Positions 20,291 to 28,520 of a stretch of DNA of 64,000 bases are shown piece by piece (within the stretch, counting starts at the first letter, position 1; each line of letters opens with the position of its first letter). Origin of the DNA: an uncultured Candidatus Poseidoniales archaeon (GTDB taxonomy: Archaea > Thermoplasmatota > Poseidoniia > Poseidoniales > Thalassarchaeaceae); the NCBI GenBank assembly GCA_902625325.1, contig CACOAW010000001.1, positions 66,537-130,536 on the forward strand. Direction: 5' to 3'. Under the pieces are notes generated by a model. The model did not search any database, was not told the origin of the DNA, and saw nothing but the letters and a program-made list of their open reading frames with translations. Made by a program: the position numbers and the translations under genes.

Positions 20291-20892
20291 TTATGTGTCT
20301 GAAGGCTTAATCGCCAACCAGGACTATCCTTGACCAGTCGCTCTGCTATCTGGAAGCTCCTGCCATTTTCCTCAATCGATTCATCCTCGACATAACAAGG
20401 CTGAATGTAGAGATGGGTGAAGCCTTCCTTCAATTCATCATACAAACCCAAATCTTGTCCACAATATACTATTTTTAGTTCATCACCAGTTCTCTGCTTT
20501 ATCGAAACATTCGGGTATAGTTGATCCTTGGGGCTAACACATATCCAGTCGACGATTGGATCGACTGGGATTGTCCCATTGGTCTCAATTGAGATGTTAA
20601 TCCCATGTTCTTTTAGCCTCTTACCAATAACTGAGAGGTCTTGCATTGCAGGTTCTCCACCGGTGAATATCACTCTGTCGCATTCGTAGCTCAGTACCTC
20701 TTCGATAATCGAATTGATATCCATATCTTCGAAGGCCATAAAGTCGGTATCGCACCACTCACATCTAAGATTGCAATTCCCAAATCTGATGAAAACATGC
20801 GGAATACCCGTATGAAAACCCTCCCCCTGGACAGAGTGAAAAATCTCAACAATTGGATATTTCTGCAGATAATCACCCTTGCAAATTTCCAC
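20272..20892 (-). CDS. queE: 7-carboxy-7-deazaguanine synthase QueE (radical SAM)
   Basis: IFHSVQGEGFHTGIPHVFIRFGNCNLRCEWCDT, the QueE-type CX14CX2C cluster motif. Confidence 0.85.
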   Translation of the reverse strand: MEICKGDYLQKYPIVEIFHSVQGEGFHTGIPHVFIRFGNCNLRCEWCDTDFMAFEDMDINSIIEEVLSYECDRVIFTGGEPAMQDLSVIGKRLKEHGINISIETNGTIPVDPIVDWICVSPKDQLYPNVSIKQRTGDELKIVYCGQDLGLYDELKEGFTHLYIQPCYVEDESIEENGRSFQIAERLVKDSPGWRLSLQTHKWMGVL

Positions 20893-21460
20893 TTCTGATA
20901 AGTTGTAAAATCTCTGTTCTAGCCTCCTGTTTATCGAAGAAGACGCCTCGCATAGCGCTGGTTGTCATAATTGAATTCTGCTTTCTAACTCCTCTGCACT
21001 TCATGCATCCATGTTGGGCCTCCAGAATAACAGCGCAGCCAAGAGGATGGAGATTCTCAACAATATCATTCGCTATAGATTGCGTAATTCGCTCTTGGTT
21101 CTGAAGCCGTTTAGAATGCATGTCCAGAAGTCTAGCTAACTTGCTAATACCCACTATTCTATCCACTGGAATGTAAGCGATATGCCCCTTGCCAGAAAAT
21201 GGTTGAAGATGATGCTCACAAGTACTATGAAACTCCATATCCCTTAGCAGGACTATTCCATCATAACCTTCGGCATTGAAGGTAGAGTCCAGAATTTCAC
21301 TGGCATCATCTGAGTATCCGCTGAATATTTCCTCATATGACTGGATCACTCTCTCGGGCGTATTCTCAAGTCCTTCCCTCAGATCCGACTCAGACTGTTC
21401 TATGTAACGAATTATAGTTTCAATTGCTTCCATCGCCTTTTCTTTACCCGGTAGTTTCAC
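20873..21460 (-). CDS. folE: GTP cyclohydrolase I (FolE)
   Basis: STCEHHLQPFSGKGHIAYIP and SKRLQNQERIT blocks. The ORF is open to 21571, but GGAGGTGAAAAC-GTG (start 21460) or ATG 21433 (MEAIETI) fit the family length of about 185-195 aa. Confidence 0.85.
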   Translation of the reverse strand: MKLPGKEKAMEAIETIIRYIEQSESDLREGLENTPERVIQSYEEIFSGYSDDASEILDSTFNAEGYDGIVLLRDMEFHSTCEHHLQPFSGKGHIAYIPVDRIVGISKLARLLDMHSKRLQNQERITQSIANDIVENLHPLGCAVILEAQHGCMKCRGVRKQNSIMTTSAMRGVFFDKQEARTEILQLIRSGNLQG

Positions 21461-21632
21461 GTTTTCACCTCCCGTGTCTTGCGTCAATTTCGTCCAATTG
21501 GTCCAGCATCTTCCTACATGCAGTTCTAATTGCGTCAGCCAAACTAACGAATTTCTTTGAGTCGCCGACATGGTTCTTTAAATCAGAAACAATCTCTCTT
21601 GGCATGTCTAAGCTGATTTTCGGCATGAACAT

Positions 21633-21671
21633 ACGAAAAACGGTCTAGATATAATATTACTTGAGTAATAT
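21633..21671 (-). terminator. possible terminator: AT-rich hairpin plus T5 run downstream of the 21679-21981 gene
   Basis: Inverted repeat atattac-ttga-gtaatat at 21654-21671, starting 7 nt past the stop codon. It is followed on the minus strand by ...ccgTTTTTcg. Archaeal terminators are oligo-T tracts. The stem is weak (7 AT-rich bp). Confidence 0.3.
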
Positions 21672-21678
21672 CAGAGTA

Positions 21679-21981
21679 TTATTTACGTAGATTCTCGACT
21701 TTTTCATCCAAACCTGGGTATTTCTCCTCAAGGAGATGAGCCCTAGATTTGAGGCCTTCTAACTGTGAGAAAGCCTCATCTTCAGAAATTCCTTGTGAAA
21801 TCAGATTCAACAGAAGTGATAGCCCACCTTGAATTGTTCCAGCATCTAGAAATGCGTCATTTGATATTTCACCAGTCGCTCTAAGAACTTCTAGAGAATC
21901 CCTTACAAAATCTCTCTGTTCCTCTATCACACCTAGGGAGGAATTTCCCAGTGATTCTATCTTGTCTAAAGTACCGATCAT
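21679..21981 (-). CDS. hypothetical small helical protein
   Basis: 100-aa acidic ORF with no antisense competitor and no recognisable motif. Confidence 0.4.
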   Translation of the reverse strand: MIGTLDKIESLGNSSLGVIEEQRDFVRDSLEVLRATGEISNDAFLDAGTIQGGLSLLLNLISQGISEDEAFSQLEGLKSRAHLLEEKYPGLDEKVENLRK

Positions 21982-22015
21982 AAAATTCCGAAATAGATTT
22001 GCTTTTTGATGATTC

Positions 22016-22423
22016 TCACTTGTTCGATTCGACGAGTTCTATCAAAACTCCGCCTGCCGAAGAAGGATGGACAAAAGCAATTCTATGACCATCTGCGCCA
22101 AGAGTTGGTGATTCCGAGACCATTTTTATTCCAGCGCTGACCAAACTAGAGATTGCTTCTTCTATATTTGCTACTCTAACTGCTATTTGCTGTACTCCGG
22201 GTCCATGCTTGGACATGAACTTCCCCACAGGGGTATCATCCCCTAATGGTTCCAATAATTCGATTCTCGTGGATGTATTACCGTGCATGAATCTAATTTT
22301 CACGCCTTGCTCAGAATTTATCTGTTCATCCTCCTTTGTGAATCCCAAGATAGTCCAGAGGCGTTGCGACTCATCGAGCGAAGCGGTTGCAATTCCTATA
22401 TGGTCAATCGTTCCGTCTGTCAT
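22016..22423 (-). CDS. mce: methylmalonyl-CoA epimerase (VOC/glyoxalase fold)
   Basis: IDHIGIATASLDESQRLW..LGF, IELLEPLGDDTPVGKFMSKHGPGVQQIAVRV and GVLIELVE. It lies directly downstream of mcm. Confidence 0.8.
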   Translation of the reverse strand: MTDGTIDHIGIATASLDESQRLWTILGFTKEDEQINSEQGVKIRFMHGNTSTRIELLEPLGDDTPVGKFMSKHGPGVQQIAVRVANIEEAISSLVSAGIKMVSESPTLGADGHRIAFVHPSSAGGVLIELVESNK

Positions 22424-23977
22424 TCAAACACCACTAGGCGAAACCCATGTTCCAAACTCCTCTCTGAGTACTGAGTTAATCTCTCCAACTGTAGTTTCAA
22501 CCTTTACTGCACTGATTATTGGATTCATGAGATTTGAGCCATTTCTGCAGCTTTCTCTTATCCTCTGCAGAGAATCGTCAACTAGTGATTGGTCCCTATT
22601 TTTCTTCATTTCTGACAATTCGGAGGCCTTTCGATGTTCTGCATCGGAATCGAGGACCAACCCCTCAAAATCTGGTTCGGCTTCATTGACATGAGAGTTA
22701 ACGCCAACAATGAGCTCGTCGCCATTCTCAACCCTTTGTAAGTGAGTCCAAGCGCTTTCATGAATCGCCCTCTGTTGGAAGCCGGATTGTACACATTCCA
22801 TTGCCCCGCCAAGAGACTCTATTTCGTTAATCATATTTCTCGATTCTTCGATTAGCGAATCTGTCATGGTTTCAATCACTATAGAACCGCCGAGAGGATC
22901 CACATGTTCCCTGACTCCGGTCTCTTCTGCGATAATCTGCTGTGTGCGCAGGGCAATTCTAGCAGATTCTTCAGTAGGTAAACCGAGTGCCTCGTCGAAG
23001 CTGTTAGTGTGTAGAGATTGTGTTCCTCCTAATACAGATGCCATTGCCTGATATGATACTCTAATTGCGTTGTTCATTGGTTGTTGTGCCGTGAGTGTAA
23101 CTCCTGATGTTTGGGTATGGAATCTAAGTTGGGATGACTTTGGATTTGATGGTAAGAATTCTTTTTCGACCATCTCGTACCAGAGCTGTCTGGCCGCCCT
23201 AAATTTGCTTACCTCCTCTAGAAAGTTGTTATGACAAGCGAAGAAGAAAGAGATTCTTGGTGCGAAATCATCTACATGCATCCCTTTTTTGATTGCTTCT
23301 CTGACATAGTAAATTGCGTTTGATAATGTCATAGCAATTTCTTGAACGGCTGTACATCCTGCCTCTCTCATATGATATCCGCTAATTGAAATTGTATTCC
23401 ATCTGGGCGCATTTGAGGCGCACCATGAAATTAAATCCGTCGTCAAGCGTATGGACGGTTTGGGGGGGAAAATGTACAATCCTCTGGAGATATATTCCTT
23501 TAGGATGTCATTCTGAACTGTACCAGAGAGATCGGAGCTGGGAATTCCCTTCTCTTCTGCCACTGATACGTATAGGGCGAGGAGGGTAGTTGCGGGGGCA
23601 TTGATTGTCATGGAGGTGGAAATAGACGACATTTCTATGTCTTCGAATAGGTTCCTCATGTCGTGAATTGAGTCTATTGCAACACCTACCTTACCAACCT
23701 CTCCTGAGGAAAGTGGGTCATCTGAGTCCAAACCTAGTTGCGTGGGCAGATCAAATGCTACTGATATTCCTGTTTGCCCATTTTCAAGGAGTCTTCTAAA
23801 CCGAGAGTTAGTCTCCCTTGGCGACGAGAAACCGGCATACTGCCTCATTGTCCACAGTCTATCGGCATACATTCCAGGATGGATGCCCCTTCTATATGGC
23901 GGATCACCTGAAGAGCCCAGATTGTGGGCATAATGAGACTCGTCGATGGTTGACATGATTCGGCCAAGTGGTGACAT
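22424..23977 (-). CDS. mcmA: methylmalonyl-CoA mutase, large (catalytic) subunit
   Basis: PYRRGIHPGMYADRLWTMRQYAGFSSPRETNSRFRRLLENGQTGISVAFDLPTQLG. No B12-binding domain is present in this ORF. It is open to 24028, but a start at MSPLGRIM (23977) or MSTIDE (23956) avoids overlap with the upstream gene. Confidence 0.85.
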   Translation of the reverse strand: MSPLGRIMSTIDESHYAHNLGSSGDPPYRRGIHPGMYADRLWTMRQYAGFSSPRETNSRFRRLLENGQTGISVAFDLPTQLGLDSDDPLSSGEVGKVGVAIDSIHDMRNLFEDIEMSSISTSMTINAPATTLLALYVSVAEEKGIPSSDLSGTVQNDILKEYISRGLYIFPPKPSIRLTTDLISWCASNAPRWNTISISGYHMREAGCTAVQEIAMTLSNAIYYVREAIKKGMHVDDFAPRISFFFACHNNFLEEVSKFRAARQLWYEMVEKEFLPSNPKSSQLRFHTQTSGVTLTAQQPMNNAIRVSYQAMASVLGGTQSLHTNSFDEALGLPTEESARIALRTQQIIAEETGVREHVDPLGGSIVIETMTDSLIEESRNMINEIESLGGAMECVQSGFQQRAIHESAWTHLQRVENGDELIVGVNSHVNEAEPDFEGLVLDSDAEHRKASELSEMKKNRDQSLVDDSLQRIRESCRNGSNLMNPIISAVKVETTVGEINSVLREEFGTWVSPSGV

Positions 23978-23996
23978 CCCAAGAACAATTCTCAGA

Positions 23997-24869
23997 CTAC
24001 CGACGGATTGTATACCCGTCCACGACACTCGCTAATGATTCCATTTGGTCATCATCTATGATGCCTTCATCTAGCTTCTCCTGTAGGAAATCCTTGGCCT
24101 CCTTGCTGGTCTGCCTCTCACCTCTGGCCCATATTGTCGCTAAGAGATTTGAACGGAACTCCTCCGGGACGCCAATTTCTACTAGGAGTCCTCGCATCTC
24201 ATACTTGTATTCCATGTGTCTGCTCCTGTCCAGTCTTCTAGCACGGTTAGCAGGCTGATATGATGATGTCTTGCTACGGAATTTTTTCTGGGGTTTCTTA
24301 GGCTCGGATTTTGTTTCCGATGGGGTTTTCTTGGAAACACTAATTGTTTTTTCTTTCTCCGCTGCAAGTGAGGCCCTTAGTAAGCTATCTTCTATAATCT
24401 GCCTGGCCTTTAGACTCTTACCGGAGGTCTCGACCTTGGGTTCTACCTTAGTTGTAATTTCAGCGGCCTTCTTTTTCGCCTTCGTTGATTTTTTCTCCTG
24501 AGATGGCTCTTCAACGTTTTTTACACCAAGAATCTGACTCTCCAGTATTTTTTCCTCTCGCTCTGCAATTTGAGGAACAGCGGATTGCTCTCCTGACTCT
24601 ACGGAATCAGTTTGTTGATCCTGCTTGATTTCCTTAATTGTAGAGGGTCGCGGCTTTGGCACGGGTTTGGGCCTTGAACCAGGTGCAGATGGGGGTGCTG
24701 CTCTTGGTGACCTGGGTTTGGGCGATTTTGTTTTGGAAACACTGCCTGATTTTGCTTTGGAAGATGTTTGTGAAGTTGCTCCGAAAATGTTCTTCGGCGC
24801 TGCCTTCTTTCTCCTTCTCCTCTGCACTGTGTAATCAATCCTCATTCTTCCGGCCCTAAGGACTCTCAT
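23997..24869 (-). CDS. hypothetical protein: long basic Lys/Pro/Ser-rich low-complexity region plus an ~85-aa C-terminal folded domain
   Basis: 290 aa. The N-terminal 200 aa are dominated by K, P, S and E (SKPRSPRAAPPSAPGSRPKPVPKPRPS; KKSTKAKKKAAE). The C-terminus reads HMEYKYEMRGLLVEIGVPEEFRSNLLATIWARGERQTSKEAKDFLQEKLDEGII.... It lies between kae1 and mcm on the same strand. Confidence 0.45.
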   Translation of the reverse strand: MRVLRAGRMRIDYTVQRRRRKKAAPKNIFGATSQTSSKAKSGSVSKTKSPKPRSPRAAPPSAPGSRPKPVPKPRPSTIKEIKQDQQTDSVESGEQSAVPQIAEREEKILESQILGVKNVEEPSQEKKSTKAKKKAAEITTKVEPKVETSGKSLKARQIIEDSLLRASLAAEKEKTISVSKKTPSETKSEPKKPQKKFRSKTSSYQPANRARRLDRSRHMEYKYEMRGLLVEIGVPEEFRSNLLATIWARGERQTSKEAKDFLQEKLDEGIIDDDQMESLASVVDGYTIRR

Positions 24870-24884
24870 AAGAGTTCGCGACTA

Positions 24885-25892
24885 TCATGGCCAAACTACT
24901 GCGGTGTTATCGGTTCTAAGTGATGGGTCGATTCCACTATCCATTAGTTTTGTTTTTAAGCCACATTCGAGCATTCTACGCCCCAACTCGGCAATCATGG
25001 TGCCGTTATCAATACAATATGGCTTGTCTGGCCAGAAACATTCTGCACCCCTATCTTCACACATCATCTTACTCATTCTTCTGAGCCTCTCATTACAGGC
25101 AACCCCTCCACCAAGCAAAAGCTCATGCTTTCCCGTGTGCGCTAATGCCCTCTCGGCCACTTCTACGCACGTCGCGAATGAATGTTCCTGGAGAGACCAA
25201 CAAATTTCTTCCAGGGACTTGCCCTCAGCAACTTTCTGTACTGCTGATGTAAGCATCCCCGAGAATGCCAAGTCCATACCGTGAACCCCATATGGCAATA
25301 TTGCCTCATCCAGGCTAGTGTCACCTTTCTCAGAAAACTCTTTTGATAATTTTTCAATTTCTGGTCCTCCCGGGAACGGGATTCCCTGTGTTCTAGCGAA
25401 TTTGTCTAGCATATTCCCAATTCCGATGTCAAGTGTTTCTCCTAGAACTCTATATCTTCCATCCGCTCTAGCGATCACCTGGGTATTCCCACCACTGACA
25501 TATAGCAAAACAGGGTCCTTGCAACCAGTTTGGTTTCTACCTACCTCTATATGAGCAACGCAGTGATTAACCCCCAAAAGTGGTACAGAAAGTCTAGTAG
25601 ATAGAGTTCTAGCTACAGACGCGCCTACACGAAGGCACGGTCCTAAACCCGGACCCTGGCTGAAGGCTACAGCAATAATTGAATCCCAAGAAAAATCCTC
25701 GGAGCTAGACAGCCTCTCCAACAAAAGGGATGTCGTCTCAGAGTGATGATCTGCGGCTTCTCTTGGATGTATCCCCCCCTCCTCAGGACGATAAAGAGAT
25801 GAAAATGAAGGGAATAGTTCTCCAGAGGTACTAACCCTTCCAAAGGAGAAAGTATGAGCAGTGCTTTCTATTCCTAAAATAATGCCTTCCAC
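24885..25892 (-). CDS. kae1: tRNA N6-adenosine threonylcarbamoyltransferase Kae1 (KEOPS catalytic subunit)
   Basis: GIESTAHTFSFG, LLGVNHCVAHIE and LLYVSGGNTQV blocks. 335 aa, not fused to Bud32. Confidence 0.85.
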   Translation of the reverse strand: MEGIILGIESTAHTFSFGRVSTSGELFPSFSSLYRPEEGGIHPREAADHHSETTSLLLERLSSSEDFSWDSIIAVAFSQGPGLGPCLRVGASVARTLSTRLSVPLLGVNHCVAHIEVGRNQTGCKDPVLLYVSGGNTQVIARADGRYRVLGETLDIGIGNMLDKFARTQGIPFPGGPEIEKLSKEFSEKGDTSLDEAILPYGVHGMDLAFSGMLTSAVQKVAEGKSLEEICWSLQEHSFATCVEVAERALAHTGKHELLLGGGVACNERLRRMSKMMCEDRGAECFWPDKPYCIDNGTMIAELGRRMLECGLKTKLMDSGIDPSLRTDNTAVVWP

Positions 25893-25942
25893 GAGTCCCG
25901 GACGAGCGGGAGTTCTTTCAACTATCGGATTTTGGACCCATC

Positions 25943-27235
25943 ATGAGGACTATCTTACATAACTGTGGGGAGATAGCACACCTTTCTACTGGAGACGATG
26001 ACGACCCACTTTCTGGAGAGAGGCTTCTCGACAGAGAGTCACTAGTTCATCCGGCAGGTATGGCTATAATGATCAGTGGCGGAATTGTTCAGAAAATAGC
26101 ACCTTCCGAGGAGGTTTTGTCAGAGTATGCACCATGGTACCCAACAAATAGCGCAAGTAAGAGTGTAGAAGTGATAGATATCGGGGGGATGTCCGTAGTA
26201 CCTGGTTTTGTCGACAGTCACACACATCTTCCTTGGTCTGGAGATAGGACGAACGAGCTTGCCATGAGATTGAGGGGTAAGACATACCGGGAAATATCCC
26301 AATCTGGAGGGGGAATTATGAAGACGGTGAGGCATACAAGAAGTACGCCTAAACGAAACCTGGTAGCTAGTGGAATATCTCGCGTGCAGGAATGTATGCG
26401 TAGTGGAACGACGACCATGGAGGCTAAGAGCGGTTATGGATTAGACTTAGATTCTGAAGTAAAATTATTAGAATCAATATCTGAAATCAATCGCTCCACT
26501 GATATAGACATAAGTGCAACTTGGCTGGGTGCGCATGATTTCCCTCCAGAGATGGGGAGGGGAGATTATGTTGAACACTTAATCTCAGATCAACTACCTG
26601 TGATTTCCGAGCTCTCTCTGGCAAAATGGGTAGACGTGTTCTGTGAACAAGGATGGTTCACAAACGAACAGACAGAAGATATAGTCAAGGCTTCGAAAGA
26701 TTATGGAATGAAATCGAGATTGCATGTGGATGAATTCGTAGATAGTGGAGGTCTCGCACTGGCTGCCGAGCTTGGATCGGTTAGCGCTGATCATGTTGCA
26801 TGTTCGAACGATGATTCCAGAGTTAGTGCAGCAGAGGCCGGAACGGTGCAAACATTTCTACCCGGTACACCCTATATTCTTGGGAAGAGTCTAGAGTTGC
26901 CGATAAAAAAGTGCATTTCTGAAGATTGGCCTTTCTCCATAGCCACTGACTTTAATCCAAATTGTCCAATTACCTCACTTCCATTGATTGGAAGCTTCGT
27001 AACACACAGATTAGGAGTTGATCCCATAGCAAGTTTAGTTGCAGTAACGAGAAACCCCGCAACAACGATGTTTGACGGAGAGGAGCCGCGAGGAATAATA
27101 TCTGAGGGAAGTTTTGCAGACATGAATGTCCTTTGGTCATCTTCTGCAGACTCATGGTGCCAAACTCCGGGATCTTCGCCTGTGAGAATTACGCTCAAAA
27201 ACGGAATTGTTGTAAATTCAAACAAGACGTATTGA
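25943..27235 (+). CDS. hutI: imidazolonepropionase
   Basis: VVPGFVDSHTHLPWSGDR, GGGIMKTVRHTR, TTMEAKSGYGL and HVDEF. It sits in the hut locus. Confidence 0.85.
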   Translation: MRTILHNCGEIAHLSTGDDDDPLSGERLLDRESLVHPAGMAIMISGGIVQKIAPSEEVLSEYAPWYPTNSASKSVEVIDIGGMSVVPGFVDSHTHLPWSGDRTNELAMRLRGKTYREISQSGGGIMKTVRHTRSTPKRNLVASGISRVQECMRSGTTTMEAKSGYGLDLDSEVKLLESISEINRSTDIDISATWLGAHDFPPEMGRGDYVEHLISDQLPVISELSLAKWVDVFCEQGWFTNEQTEDIVKASKDYGMKSRLHVDEFVDSGGLALAAELGSVSADHVACSNDDSRVSAAEAGTVQTFLPGTPYILGKSLELPIKKCISEDWPFSIATDFNPNCPITSLPLIGSFVTHRLGVDPIASLVAVTRNPATTMFDGEEPRGIISEGSFADMNVLWSSSADSWCQTPGSSPVRITLKNGIVVNSNKTY

Positions 27236-27492
27236 TACTAACAGTGTAAAATAATGATATCCATAAGAATTATTTAGTAAAATCATATTTTCTATATTTA
27301 GTATCTAGAAAATGACAAAATCCAGTAAAAATATCGCCCTATATTGTACCGATAACATAAGTTATCAGAATTTCATTCTACAAGATTTTCAATAATATGC
27401 TCTCAGTATATCGATTTGTAAAAAAAAATGTAATTTTACCAAATAACCCCTACTATATCAAAAATTGAATACTTGAATGATTACCACGGCAT
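27236..27492. other. unusually long, visibly AT-rich non-coding spacer
   Basis: About 257 nt with no ORF, much more AT-rich than the flanking DNA. It carries repeated GTAAAA(T) and TATTTAGTA words and an A9 run. A TATA-like tactatatcaaaaa at 27451-27464 lies about 30-40 nt upstream of the next ATG. Confidence 0.6.
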
Positions 27493-27648
27493 ATGACATC
27501 GGCACATAGTGGGTTCTGCATGAAATGTAAGAGCTACGTAAGGGTTTCCGGACCAGAGTTTATCAGGATGAGTAATGGCAGAACAAGGGTTGCAGGGAGA
27601 TGTTCAGTTTCAGGTTGTGATGGAAGGATCTCAAAAATTGTCTCATGA
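27493..27648 (+). CDS. small zinc-ribbon protein (DUF5679-like)
   Basis: Not in the ORF track (51 aa). My translation: MTSAHSGFCMKCKSYVRVSGPEFIRMSNGRTRVAGRCSVSGCDGRISKIVS*. The pattern CxxC...NGR...G.C....C...I.KI resembles DUF5679. An alternative start is ATG 27520. Confidence 0.5.
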   Translation: MTSAHSGFCMKCKSYVRVSGPEFIRMSNGRTRVAGRCSVSGCDGRISKIVS

Positions 27649-27693
27649 ACCATCAGAATCATTCTTGTGTGTGTTTCAATTCGAAGGAGAGCC

Positions 27694-27769
27694 GGGCTCG
27701 TGGTCTAGGGGTTATGACGTCGCCTTGACATGGCGAAGATCGCAGGTTCAATTCCTGCCGAGCCCACCA
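27694..27769 (+). tRNA. tRNA-Val (anticodon GAC), CCA encoded
   Basis: Hand-folded cloverleaf. Acceptor GGGCTCG/CGAGCCC; D arm GTCT/TGAC with one 13:22 mismatch; anticodon stem TCGCC/GGCGA; loop TTGACAT; T arm GCAGG-TTCAATT-CCTGC; discriminator A then CCA. Confidence 0.9.
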
Positions 27770-27790
27770 ATAGAATTGTTACTATTATAT

Positions 27791-28516
27791 TCAATTATCA
27801 AAGGAGTATGAAATTCTCAATCTTCCTTTCCCCTTGTTCTTCTTTGAAATGAACTTGACCCTGGGTATCATAGAGGTGTTAGAAGCGTGGGTTCCAGCAC
27901 ATGGACACAAATCTATACCTTCGATTTCAACTACTCTTAGATGTGTGATTGACTCTGGAATCCTGTGCATGAACTTTGTATGTCTCATATTCTCGTGTGA
28001 CATTATTGTCCCCCTGTCCCATTCATGGACATTCACAGGAATTTTGGAATTAAGAATAGAATTTACTTTGTCGATTATGATGTCCGGATCGAAAACGTCT
28101 TTGTCATCAAATAATAGGTCTACTCTGGAGCTTTCTACGCCAATTTGGTTTCCCACGGTTTCAGCTCCCCAGATATCTTCAGACATTGCGGAGAAGATAT
28201 GCTGTGCGGTGTGCATGAGGGTGAGTGCATTCCTTCGATTTCGATCTATTGTACAAATAACTTCTTGACCTTCTGTGAATATGGACGCATCTTCAACGGG
28301 ATGTATGATCATTTCTCCTGGCAGTACCTCCTCCATTTTGCATGATTCTCCTTCTATCGATGTGATTGCCCCGGTATCTCCTGGCTGCCCACCACCCCTT
28401 GGATAGCAGAAAGTTTCCTCCAATAGCAGCGTGTTCCCATCCTTCCCTAAGATCCGCGTAGTGAACGGCGGAGGATCGGTTCCAGGGTGTTGAGTCATGT
28501 GCAATTTTTCTTGCAT
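27791..28516 (-). CDS. alaX: alanyl-tRNA editing protein AlaX
   Basis: HTAQHIFSA (HxxxH) and CPCAGTH (CxxxH) zinc motifs of the Ala/Thr-tRNA synthetase editing (second additional) domain. 241 aa. Confidence 0.8.
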   Translation of the reverse strand: MQEKLHMTQHPGTDPPPFTTRILGKDGNTLLLEETFCYPRGGGQPGDTGAITSIEGESCKMEEVLPGEMIIHPVEDASIFTEGQEVICTIDRNRRNALTLMHTAQHIFSAMSEDIWGAETVGNQIGVESSRVDLLFDDKDVFDPDIIIDKVNSILNSKIPVNVHEWDRGTIMSHENMRHTKFMHRIPESITHLRVVEIEGIDLCPCAGTHASNTSMIPRVKFISKKNKGKGRLRISYSFDN

Positions 28517-28520
28517 TCAT

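Noticed and set aside
21461-21571. N-terminal extension of the folE ORF (MSATQRNSLVWLTQLELHVGRCW...).
   Set aside because: It is Trp/Cys-rich and unlike FolE. A GGAGG-spaced GTG (21460) or ATG (21433) gives the normal protein length.
27236-27492. AT-rich spacer as a replication origin.
   Set aside because: I found no ORB or mini-ORB inverted repeats by eye, and no orc1/cdc6 gene in the window. It is kept only as a low-interest finding.
27694-27769. tRNA-Val (27694-27769) and tRNA-Lys (58192-58265) as integration sites of mobile elements.
   Set aside because: I saw no integrase, no duplicated tRNA 3' fragment, and no cargo-like genes next to either tRNA. The neighbours are housekeeping genes (alaX, rpoH).
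27575-27811. 78-aa plus-strand ORF spanning the tRNA-Val gene.
   Set aside because: It reads through a well-folded tRNA (27694-27769) and is in a different frame from the better-supported DUF5679-like ORF.
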